NCBI GenBank assembly: GCA_041691135.1
Contig: JBEPVF010000003.1
Span: 1 to 64,000, forward strand
Reading direction: 5' to 3'
Source of the DNA: Candidatus Peribacteria bacterium
GTDB lineage: Bacteria > Patescibacteriota > Gracilibacteria > Peribacterales > Peribacteraceae
DNA length: 64,000 nucleotides
The notes beneath the pieces are model-generated. The model saw only the letters and a list, made by a program, of their open reading frames with translations. It did no database searches and had not been told where the DNA came from. Positions within the stretch are counted from its first letter, which is position 1; each line of letters starts with the position of its first letter. The translations under genes were made by a program, and so were the position numbers. Positions 1 to 8,366 of the stretch are shown here, in pieces.

Positions 1-29
1 TGATAGCTCCGGTGGAAAGACACAAACAC

Positions 30-56
30 AAAAAAGACCGGCAACGGTCTTTTTTT
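30..56. terminator. Intrinsic (probably bidirectional) terminator
   Basis: AAAAAAGACCG-GCAA-CGGTCTTTTTTT: perfect stem with A/T tracts on both sides. Confidence 0.8.
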
Positions 57-163
57 GTTGAAGAGGAGCAATACTCATGGCTAGCATTACTTCTGTTTCA
101 TCAGTGTGGCGCTGCCGCTTTCTACGCAGTAGGTAGAATTTGTTCGATTCATCGCCGGCGGTG

Positions 164-254
164 CCCTCACCCCAGCCCTCTCCCCCATCCCAGTCGCAGA
201 AGAAGACTCGATCATTTGTTCATGATTGAACACCGAAGGCCTGCCGGGAGAGGG
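164..254 (+). repeat. REP-like palindromic element CCCTCACCCCAGCCCTCTCCC...CCTGCCGGGAGAGGG
   Basis: Arms match the inverted copy at 51111-51155 (20/21 and 15/15 identical). Confidence 0.7.
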
Positions 255-362
255 GGATGTGTATGTTTTTTTTAATGCATCTTTCTCATTTACTATTGGC
301 TGTTATTCCCCATCCTCGGTTTCTTCGGTTCCGTCGGTTTTCCTAATCAAAGAACTTATTTT

Positions 363-389
363 CTATCACTCAGCCCATATGATTGATAC
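363..389 (+). promoter_or_regulatory. CIRCE-like HrcA operator overlapping the hrcA -10 box
   Basis: CTATCACTC-N9-GATTGATAC versus consensus TTAGCACTC-N9-GAGTGCTAA (7/9 and 6/9, exact spacing), 11 nt before the hrcA ATG. Confidence 0.65.
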
Positions 390-400
390 ACTTCCTTCGT

Positions 401-1111
401 ATGAACGACCGTCAGGCAAAGCTACTGGTGACTATTATCGATGAATTCATCCAAACCGGTGTACCGGTCGGTTCGAAACAGATTATCGAGCGAGGGTACT
501 TCGATTTGTCGTGCGCCACGATCCGTAACGAGATGCGATCGCTGGGCGAGGAGGGATTTTTGGAACAGCCGCATATTTCGGCGGGCCGGGTACCGACGGG
601 CAAGGGATACCGCGCATATGTGCAGGACTTCATGGAACCGACGCAGTCGTTGCAGCAGGTGCGCAAGCGCTTCGATACGCTCCGGGAGCAGTACTACACA
701 CGGAAGGATCAGGAGAGCGTGTACGAGGCAGTCGCATTGCTGGCCCAGATGACACCCAATATCGCCTTCGCAACGGTGCCGCATAAAGATCGCGTGTATT
801 ATTTAGGACTGGCCAATGTGCTACGGCAGCCGGAGTTTCAGCTTAATCCTGGCATGGCGACTGGCGTTGTGGAAGTTCTTGAAGAACGTCTCACTGATTT
901 GCTTGGTACTATCACCATCGATGATCACGTGCGGTACTACATTGGTGACGAGCATGTGCTCAGCCAGATGCAGAGCTGTGGCCTGATTGTTTTGGACTAT
1001 CATCTGCGTTCTCACAGAGGTGTGATCGGTATCCTGGGCCCCATGCGTATGGACTATGCGTACAATACGGTCGCGTTACAGTTGATTGCGGATCTGCTTC
1101 ATAAAACCTGA
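401..1111 (+). CDS. hrcA: Heat-inducible transcription repressor HrcA (short CPR-type form)
   Basis: MNDRQAKLL..IIDEFIQTGVPVGSK, SCATIRNEM, QPHISAGRVPT.KGYR, GVIGILGPMRMDY motifs. Confidence 0.93.
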   Translation: MNDRQAKLLVTIIDEFIQTGVPVGSKQIIERGYFDLSCATIRNEMRSLGEEGFLEQPHISAGRVPTGKGYRAYVQDFMEPTQSLQQVRKRFDTLREQYYTRKDQESVYEAVALLAQMTPNIAFATVPHKDRVYYLGLANVLRQPEFQLNPGMATGVVEVLEERLTDLLGTITIDDHVRYYIGDEHVLSQMQSCGLIVLDYHLRSHRGVIGILGPMRMDYAYNTVALQLIADLLHKT

Positions 1112-1235
1112 GGTGACCGATGTGACCGAGGTGGCAGAGGGGACCGATGATATGGATTGTGAGGAGTACTCCTTTTGAATCTTTTGCATCCCTATCGCCG
1201 GTCATCTCGGTCACGTCTGTTTCCTCTGTCACCGT
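1111..1235. repeat. Inverted pair of ~9-bp periodic tracts (GGTGACCGA-like)
   Basis: GAGGTGACCGATGTGACCGAGGTGGCAGAGGGGACCGATG followed by CCGGTCATCTCGGTCACGTCTGTTTCCTCTGTCACC; same unit at 28612. Confidence 0.6.
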
Positions 1236-1259
1236 ACATCTGTACTATAGATTCCAACC

Positions 1260-4004
1260 ATGCCACGTATTCCTAGCCAACAAGTCCTTCTCCGTATCCG
1301 ACCTTCTCTTCCTGACCCCGACGAGGTGAGTGCGGGCCGTGGGCCGCTGATGATGGAGACCGTTCTGTCGGCGATACATTCGCTGCGTGGAAAGAATGCC
1401 CGAGTGGGATTCGAAGTCGGCTTTGCGGAAGGGAAAATCGGCCTGTTCGCGCGCACGACGCCGCGGGCGGCGGCCCTGATCGAGAGTCAGCTGTATTCCC
1501 AGTATCCCGATGCCGAGATCGAGCGCACACCGCTGCAGATCTTCGAGGCGAAGGCCAATGAGACGGTCTACACGACTGATTTGGTATTCACCAATCCGGA
1601 ACTGTTTCCGATCAAGCGGCATCCGCAGTTTGTTGATGTGGCCAGCCGCCAGAGCGTCGATCCGATCGCCGGCATCACGTCGACCCTCGTGCGCTATTTT
1701 AAGCCGGGCATGCGTGGTCATGTACAGATCATCATCACACCGCTCGGCGGGCATTTCCGCAAGCGCGCGCTGACATTTCTGCCGCTCCTCACGCGGGGTA
1801 TTCCGCACCATTGGGAAGCGTATGCCAATTTTTTCACACGGGTGCACTTTGCGCATGGAACCAGGCGTTTACTCTTTTTTCCCATTGATATGCTGATGGG
1901 CGGCTTCCGGACTTGGTTCGGGCATGGCGCCAAATCACAAATTTCACTGCTCACTGGCGAGGAATCGACGGAGGGGGCGCATGAGGAAGATATGAAGATC
2001 GGCATGCGTAGCCACGATCGGGAAGACGGCGTCACGGCTGCTGTCGATAAGGTCAACCGTCTGCTCTTCCTGGTGAATATCCGGGTCAGTGTGATTTCTC
2101 CTGCAGGATACGACGAGGAGGCAACGGCGAAAGTGGAAGAAATCGCCAGCAGCTTCCGGCAGTTCAGTTTGCCGCATTGCAATGGATTGAGGCCGCTCAA
2201 GATCGAGCAAATGCCGCAGATCTCCACCGATTTCCGTGCCACGCCGTACGCGATGTCGGCCGAAGAGGTGGCGACCATCTGGCATGTGCCGAATATCCTG
2301 GTCAAAACACCCAACATCGACTGGGTGATGAGCAAGAAGATCGAGCCGCCCGTCGACTTGCCGTTGTCGGAAGGGGAGAACAAGGATGCGGAAGAACTGA
2401 CCGTACTCGGCGAAGCGGTGTTCCGGGGCGAACGGACCAAATTCGGTATCCGCGTCGACGACCGCCGCCGTCATATGTACGTCATTGGAAAGACGGGTAT
2501 GGGCAAATCGACACTGCTCGAGAATATGGTGTGCTCCGATATTCAGGCCGGTAAAGGTCTGGCGGTGATCGATCCGCACGGCGACCTGATCGAAGCGGTG
2601 CTCAAGTTCGTGCCGGCGCACCGGACCAACGATGTCATCCTGGTCGAACCGGCGGACCGTGAATTCCCGATTTCGTTCAACATGCTCTCGTGTCCCAATC
2701 CGGAGCAGCGCGGATTGGTGGCATCGGGATTGATGAGCATCTTCAAGAAGCTATGGCCGGAGGCGTTCTCGGGACGCATGGAGTACATCCTGCGCAATGC
2801 GCTCCTGGCATTGCTCGAAGCCGAAGGGAATTCCATGCTTGGCATCATGCGGATTTTTTCGGACGATGTGTTCCGCCGGAAAGTGATGGAGAACGTGACG
2901 GATCATATGGTGAAGACGTTCTGGGAGGTGGAATACACGTCGTGGTCTGACAAATACCGTACCGAGGCGATTGCGGCCATCCAGAATAAGATCGGACAAC
3001 TGCTCTCCACCCCGCTGGTGCGCAATATCGTCGGTCAGGTCCATTCGTCGCTCGATATCCGCCATGCGATGGATACGGGCAAGATCATTCTGGTCAACCT
3101 GAGTAAGGGCAAACTGGGCGAAGACAACTCAGCCTTTATTGGTTCGATGCTCGTGACCAAATTCCAGCTCGACGCGATGAGCCGCGCCGATATCCCCGAG
3201 AACGAACGCCGCGACTTCTTCCTATACGTCGACGAATTCCAGAACTTCGCCACCGAATCATTCGCGACAATCCTGTCCGAAGCGCGCAAGTACCGTCTGA
3301 GTCTCACGATGGCGCATCAGTACATCGGGCAGCTGCTCCTGGCTAATAAATCCACCGCTTTGCAGGATGCTGTCTTCGGCAACGTGGGAACCATCTGCAG
3401 CTTCCAGGTTGGATCGGACGATGCCGAACCGCTCAGCTTGCAGTTCGAGGAAGTCGTCTCGCAGAAAGATATTTTGAGTCTTCCCAAGTACCACGCGTAC
3501 ATGCGCCTGATGATCAAAGGCATTCCCAGCAAACCGTTCTCGGTGTCCACCTTGCCGCCTCCATCCATCGATGTGGACGATCAGCGTGTGGAAACCATTC
3601 GTCGGCTTTCTCGCGAGCGGTATGCCGAAAAGCGCGATGTCGTGGAAGACAAGATCGCCAAATGGCTGGCAACGGCCAAAGATGCGATCACCAGTTCCAA
3701 GTCGCTGGAGAAGCAGAAGGAAAAAGAGGAGGAAGAGAAGAAGAAGGCCCGCACCAAGGGTATGAGTCTGGAGCAGTATCGGAAGTGGCGCGATCGCGAG
3801 ATGTGGATCAATGAATACAATCAACTGCGCAAGAAACGCTTCCTAGCCGAAACAGCCGGTGGCGACGCGATGAATGATATCGATTGGGCCAAGTGGCAGG
3901 AGCTGGAGCAGAAACTGACCGAAACGGGCGGCATTCCGCCACCGAGCAAAACGCTGACGGGGGAGGGGAAAAAGCCGAAAGAAGAAAAAGAGAGTAAGGA
4001 ATAG
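1260..4004 (+). CDS. VirD4/TraG-TrwB-like (HerA/FtsK superfamily) coupling ATPase, CPR type
   Basis: DRRRHMYVIGKTGMGKS Walker A, IDPHGD, YVDEFQNF Walker B, SEARKY..AHQY motifs. Confidence 0.85.
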   Translation: MPRIPSQQVLLRIRPSLPDPDEVSAGRGPLMMETVLSAIHSLRGKNARVGFEVGFAEGKIGLFARTTPRAAALIESQLYSQYPDAEIERTPLQIFEAKANETVYTTDLVFTNPELFPIKRHPQFVDVASRQSVDPIAGITSTLVRYFKPGMRGHVQIIITPLGGHFRKRALTFLPLLTRGIPHHWEAYANFFTRVHFAHGTRRLLFFPIDMLMGGFRTWFGHGAKSQISLLTGEESTEGAHEEDMKIGMRSHDREDGVTAAVDKVNRLLFLVNIRVSVISPAGYDEEATAKVEEIASSFRQFSLPHCNGLRPLKIEQMPQISTDFRATPYAMSAEEVATIWHVPNILVKTPNIDWVMSKKIEPPVDLPLSEGENKDAEELTVLGEAVFRGERTKFGIRVDDRRRHMYVIGKTGMGKSTLLENMVCSDIQAGKGLAVIDPHGDLIEAVLKFVPAHRTNDVILVEPADREFPISFNMLSCPNPEQRGLVASGLMSIFKKLWPEAFSGRMEYILRNALLALLEAEGNSMLGIMRIFSDDVFRRKVMENVTDHMVKTFWEVEYTSWSDKYRTEAIAAIQNKIGQLLSTPLVRNIVGQVHSSLDIRHAMDTGKIILVNLSKGKLGEDNSAFIGSMLVTKFQLDAMSRADIPENERRDFFLYVDEFQNFATESFATILSEARKYRLSLTMAHQYIGQLLLANKSTALQDAVFGNVGTICSFQVGSDDAEPLSLQFEEVVSQKDILSLPKYHAYMRLMIKGIPSKPFSVSTLPPPSIDVDDQRVETIRRLSRERYAEKRDVVEDKIAKWLATAKDAITSSKSLEKQKEKEEEEKKKARTKGMSLEQYRKWRDREMWINEYNQLRKKRFLAETAGGDAMNDIDWAKWQELEQKLTETGGIPPPSKTLTGEGKKPKEEKESKE

Positions 4005-4079
4005 GACAGTGAGAAAAAGATATTCGTCACTCGTTCTGTCCAATTTTTTGTGCTATAGTAAGAAGAAATACGTACCTCT

Positions 4080-4997
4080 ATGCCGAAGCGCCTCACTCCT
4101 GCCCCCGATCGTGTCGTTGCATCTCTGCAGGCGGCCATTGCCGTCCTCGCCATTGCGATTTCGATTGGACTGTTAGCCAGTTACTCCACCGACCTGCGCG
4201 CCCAGGCCGGCGATTTCAATCCGTTCGAACAGTACGCAGCGTCCTCACAGAGTGCTGATCCGAATGCGTTTCCCTCGTGGGCTGATCTTCCTACCTACGA
4301 CTATTCATCATCGTCTTCGTACAATCCATTCGGCTACTCCTATAGTGCGGATAGCTCCTCTGTTTTTGTAGATCCTTCCGTGCAAGAGGCATCGACGTCT
4401 TCGGCGACACCTGTGTTGCCGGCACCAATGCCAGCTTCGTCGTTGCCACTCGTCACGCATTTTACGGATGTCGATGAGCGAACATTGGAGGGAATGGCTG
4501 CCGCGGCGTTGGGACAGCAGGGAGTTGTACGAGGGTTCGAGGACGGAACACTGCGACCCGGTGATCCGCTCACACGCGCACAGGCGGTGAAACTCCTGAT
4601 CAAAATGAAAATTCCACAAGACCCGACCTCGGCCGGCGATCAGCATTTCTCCGATGTTCCGTCCGACGGCCAATGGTACGTACCGTACGTGAACATCGCG
4701 GCAACGATCGGCTTCATCAAAGGTAATCCCGACGGTACTTTCCGTCCCAATGCGCTTGTAACGCGTGCGGAATTCGCCACGATGCTCGTCCGTTTCCTCG
4801 GCCTTCAAACGAAAGCAGGGGCGACGGTGACTGCCACGGATGTTCTTGGTCAGGAGTGGTATGCCGACAGTGCCAAAATCGCCCTCTCGCACGGGCTTTT
4901 CCCGGGCGATCCCAAGCATTTCTACCCCGAAAGGATTACGACGCGCAGTAACGCCATTATCGCTCTCTACGAATTCATATTGGAGCAGGGCAAATAG
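4080..4997 (+). CDS. S-layer homology (SLH) domain protein
   Basis: N-terminal TM/signal, Ser-rich linker, three SLH repeats (FTDV..GVVRGFEDGTLRP...TRAQ; FSDV..GFIKGNPDGTFRPN..TRAEF). Confidence 0.88.
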   Translation: MPKRLTPAPDRVVASLQAAIAVLAIAISIGLLASYSTDLRAQAGDFNPFEQYAASSQSADPNAFPSWADLPTYDYSSSSSYNPFGYSYSADSSSVFVDPSVQEASTSSATPVLPAPMPASSLPLVTHFTDVDERTLEGMAAAALGQQGVVRGFEDGTLRPGDPLTRAQAVKLLIKMKIPQDPTSAGDQHFSDVPSDGQWYVPYVNIAATIGFIKGNPDGTFRPNALVTRAEFATMLVRFLGLQTKAGATVTATDVLGQEWYADSAKIALSHGLFPGDPKHFYPERITTRSNAIIALYEFILEQGK

Positions 4998-5187
4998 ATA
5001 GAAACAGGATAATTTTGACATCAGTCTGTGATTTTTTCGGGCAAAGCATTCGAAATGTAGCAAATCGAAGGCTGTTTCGTATAATCGAGCTATGTCTGGA
5101 GTAATGCGATCCCTTTTGTGAAGGGTCATGCGGTGTTCGAACTGTCGCATATTCCAGTCAGAAAATCTTACTGATCCTACTTTTTCT

Positions 5188-5532
5188 ATGAATAGAGAGG
5201 CATTGCTAGATTTGGTTGCGTACGCAGGTATACCGGATGGTACACGTTTAGTCCGATGCGCGGGGGCAGAATCTCTTGCCGACGTTCATGTGAATCTGGA
5301 GCTTACCAATGATCATGGATTTTGGATTCCCCATGCCCAGGAGTTACGTGCGCGCTTAGAACGAATAACCATTTCTGATGTGAGCGTCGGACTATCTGCC
5401 TGGGAAAATGTGCAATGCCGTACGACTGTCGAAGAGTTTTATGATGAGGAAGGGGATGAGCCACACTCTGACGATGGAGGATTGCGAGGGCATAAACTGC
5501 GTACGTTAGATGAAATATCGCTTGCTCGCTGA
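5188..5532 (+). CDS. Hypothetical protein (paralog of 5556-5903)
   Basis: MNREALLDLVAYAGIPDGTRLVR; colinear similarity with the next ORF. Confidence 0.7.
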   Translation: MNREALLDLVAYAGIPDGTRLVRCAGAESLADVHVNLELTNDHGFWIPHAQELRARLERITISDVSVGLSAWENVQCRTTVEEFYDEEGDEPHSDDGGLRGHKLRTLDEISLAR

Positions 5533-5555
5533 CTCCGTGTTATCAAGCCACTGCT

Positions 5556-5903
5556 ATGAATAGAAAAGAAATACTCGATGCCATTGCCTATGCGGGTATT
5601 GAAGACGGCGCGCGCCTTGTCCGCTATGACGGCAGTGACAGGCGACAAAAAATTATGGCGCTCTTGCACACAAATCGACAAGGGCACTGGATTGATCATG
5701 CGACGGAGTTACGGGCGCTACTTGAGCAGCAGATACCGGAATGTGCCTTCATTGATGATAGAATCACCAATTCTACCCGGGCAACATGCTTCCGCATTGT
5801 CGAAGAATTCTATAGGCGCCGTGGCACCGAGCCCAATGCGTCCTCTTATGGATTGATGTACGACAAATTCGATGTACTGAACCACATTGATTCCATCAGA
5901 TGA
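5556..5903 (+). CDS. Hypothetical protein (paralog of 5188-5532)
   Basis: MNRKEILDAIAYAGIEDGARLVR; shared W..HA.ELRA.LE, C...VEEFY. Confidence 0.7.
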   Translation: MNRKEILDAIAYAGIEDGARLVRYDGSDRRQKIMALLHTNRQGHWIDHATELRALLEQQIPECAFIDDRITNSTRATCFRIVEEFYRRRGTEPNASSYGLMYDKFDVLNHIDSIR

Positions 5904-7169
5904 TCACGCTGCAATCCCCGGCACGGGGAATTTTTTGCAGAAGGTCTTCACTTCCTCGTGCAGTGCGTTGATCGCCGATGCATCGTCTTTTTTGGCGATG
6001 GCTTGGAGCATGAAATTGCCCAGTATCTCCATCTCTGCTTCTTTCATACCGCGAGTGGTGATGGCCGGCGTGCCGAGGCGGACGCCCGATGGGTCCATCG
6101 GCGATCGCTTGTCGTCGGCGATCATGTTCTTGTTCAGCGTGATGCCGATGCTGTCGAACAGGTGTTCCACTTCTTTGCCGGGCATGTTCCACGATGTGAT
6201 GCAGTCGATCATCATCAGGTGATTATCCGTTCCGTTGGTGACGAGCTTCACGTTCTTATCCATGAAGAACTTGGCCAGATGTTTGGCATTCTTGATGATC
6301 TGTTGGGCGTAGTCTTTGAATTCCGGCTTCTGCGCTTCGCCGAAGGCCACGGCCTTGGCTGCCACCATCTGCATGATCGGGCCGCCCTGGAAGCCTGGGA
6401 AGACCATCTTGTCCATCTTCTTGCCCAACTCCGCCTCGCGGGTCAAAATCATGCCGCCGCGGGGTCCGCGCAGTGTTTTGTGCGTGGTCGTGGTGATCAC
6501 GTCGAAGCCATCTTCAAACGGATTGCGCAGCGCCTTGCCAGCGATGAGGCCGGCGATGTGCGCCATGTCGGCGACGGTGTAAGCACCTACTTCGTCGGCA
6601 ATCGCTTTCATCTTCGCGTAGTCGAGTTCACGTGGGTAGGCCGAGAACCCAGCCAGAATGATCTTTGGCTTCTCGCGCTTGGCGACCTCGCGCATTTCGT
6701 CGTAATCGATGGCGCCCGTCTCGACGTCCTTCATCTTGTACCGCACGAATTTGAAGATCTTGGTGAGGTAGGTGATCGGATGTCCGTGGGTCAGGTGTCC
6801 GCCGTGGCTCAGGTCCATGCCCATCACTGTGTCGCCTGGTTCCAACAGTGCGAAGTACATGGCCACGTTGGCGGGTGCTCCGGCATGTGGCTGTACGTTG
6901 GCATGGCCGGCATCGAACAGCTGCTTGGCTCGGTCGATGGCCAGTTGCTCCACTTGATCGGTGTATTCCTGTCCGCCGTAATAGCGCTTGCCTGGATAAC
7001 CTTCGGAGTATTTGTTGTTGAACACGGTGCCCATCGTCTCGAGGACGGCAGGGGACACGTAGTTCTCGGATGCGATCAGTTCCACGCCTTCCACCTGGCG
7101 CTTCATTTCGCCCATCAGTGCGGCGTACACGGCGGGGTCGGCGGCTTGGAGGGCGGTGTAGGTGGGCAT
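5904..7169 (-). CDS. glyA: Serine hydroxymethyltransferase
   Basis: LIASENY, NKYSEGYPGKRYYGG, GGHLTHG, TTTHKTLRGPRGG (PLP Lys), SGVRLGTPAITTRG. Confidence 0.98.
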   Translation of the reverse strand: MPTYTALQAADPAVYAALMGEMKRQVEGVELIASENYVSPAVLETMGTVFNNKYSEGYPGKRYYGGQEYTDQVEQLAIDRAKQLFDAGHANVQPHAGAPANVAMYFALLEPGDTVMGMDLSHGGHLTHGHPITYLTKIFKFVRYKMKDVETGAIDYDEMREVAKREKPKIILAGFSAYPRELDYAKMKAIADEVGAYTVADMAHIAGLIAGKALRNPFEDGFDVITTTTHKTLRGPRGGMILTREAELGKKMDKMVFPGFQGGPIMQMVAAKAVAFGEAQKPEFKDYAQQIIKNAKHLAKFFMDKNVKLVTNGTDNHLMMIDCITSWNMPGKEVEHLFDSIGITLNKNMIADDKRSPMDPSGVRLGTPAITTRGMKEAEMEILGNFMLQAIAKKDDASAINALHEEVKTFCKKFPVPGIAA

Positions 7170-7237
7170 GATGCGAAGGGAAGGGCTCTTAGAGTAACGG
7201 AAAATAGCGAGAGTGAAACTTTGACTTTTAAAAATAA

Positions 7238-7768
7238 ATGTTCTTAAATGTTAAAGTGTCAGTACTAAAAACACTTGAGGCAGAAATATTTCGAGAACCT
7301 CTTGCTATAGATGAAGTAGATCGTCATTTGGATGAAGAACTCGAAGAGTATCGCTCATCGCCTGAGGCTGATCCTGACGAACTTGGGAGCTTCGAAAGAG
7401 GTCAGGTGAGGACGAAAATTGTTATTGCTTCACTGCGAGCAAGGATACTTGAATGCTTTGGTGGTAATCAGCCGACGATCAAAAACCTCATACTCTTAGC
7501 TCCTGGAATGAAAGAGGAGGTCGAACGTGGCAGCGAGGAGTCATTGATGAGGATTGCACATTCGGAGTTTGAGAATGAGCTGGTTATACATGCTGTCAAA
7601 TCAGTGTTAGGACGAAGTAGTCCCGATAGAATTCAAGCGGTAGGCCAGACGTTGGGTTTCGGTAGAAAAAAACGAACGAACGTTGACAAGATTGCAGATG
7701 CGCTTTTTCCGAGGATTTTGGGAGTGATTTATCAGACGCCGCTTTCAGAGATAGCAGATTCCAACTAA
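7238..7768 (+). CDS. Hypothetical protein (AT-richer than its neighbours)
   Basis: 176-aa ORF filling the gap between glyA and the cyclo-ligase; no motif recognised. Confidence 0.55.
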   Translation: MFLNVKVSVLKTLEAEIFREPLAIDEVDRHLDEELEEYRSSPEADPDELGSFERGQVRTKIVIASLRARILECFGGNQPTIKNLILLAPGMKEEVERGSEESLMRIAHSEFENELVIHAVKSVLGRSSPDRIQAVGQTLGFGRKKRTNVDKIADALFPRILGVIYQTPLSEIADSN

Positions 7769-7773
7769 GACGA

Positions 7774-8349
7774 CTAGGAAAGCAGAGTCCCTCGTGCCGT
7801 CATAATCATGTCCATCTTTTCGTCATGCGGTTCGGTCGGAATTTCATTCAAGAGCTGACATTCAAACGCGATGCCCCAGTATTTGGTCTGAGGGTTGAGG
7901 GTGCGTTGTTTAGAAATCCACTTGTCGTACCCGCCGTTGCCGCGGCCGATGCGGTAGCCTCCACGGTCAAATGCGCGGCCTGGAACAAGGATCACGTCAG
8001 CGTTTTTTCGTTCCAGCAGGGGGCAATCGAAACCCGGCTCACGGATATTCAGTTCCCCCGGTATAAGGCTCTTCATGTCTGTTACTTGACGGAACGTCAG
8101 TTCCATCCTGTCAAAGCGCGGCAGATAGAGTTCGATGCCGTGCTGAAGAAGTTCGTCAATTGCCAATTGGAGATCGACTTCATCCTTTAAAGCCACGTAG
8201 CCGCACACGATTTTCGTTCCCTCTGGCATATTTTCGATGATGCGCCGACAGATGGAGCGGCTTTCGGCTGCGCGGTCGCCGTCGCTCATACGGAGGATGC
8301 GGTCTTTGATAGATTGCCGGAGGTGGGCTTTCTCGTCTTGGATGTGCAT
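7774..8349 (-). CDS. 5-formyltetrahydrofolate cyclo-ligase
   Basis: EKAHLRQ, DEVD, LYLPR, IREP, VPGRAFDRGGYRIGRGNGGYDK, EPHDEKMD; start placed at MHIQDEK. Confidence 0.92.
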   Translation of the reverse strand: MHIQDEKAHLRQSIKDRILRMSDGDRAAESRSICRRIIENMPEGTKIVCGYVALKDEVDLQLAIDELLQHGIELYLPRFDRMELTFRQVTDMKSLIPGELNIREPGFDCPLLERKNADVILVPGRAFDRGGYRIGRGNGGYDKWISKQRTLNPQTKYWGIAFECQLLNEIPTEPHDEKMDMIMTARGTLLS

Positions 8350-8366
8350 GGGTGAATTCAGATGTG

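Noticed and set aside
1260-4004. Conjugative element or prophage
   Set aside because: No integrase, relaxase, VirB or phage structural genes; flanked by housekeeping genes
5958-7247. 429-aa plus-strand ORF
   Set aside because: Antisense shadow of glyA with no motifs
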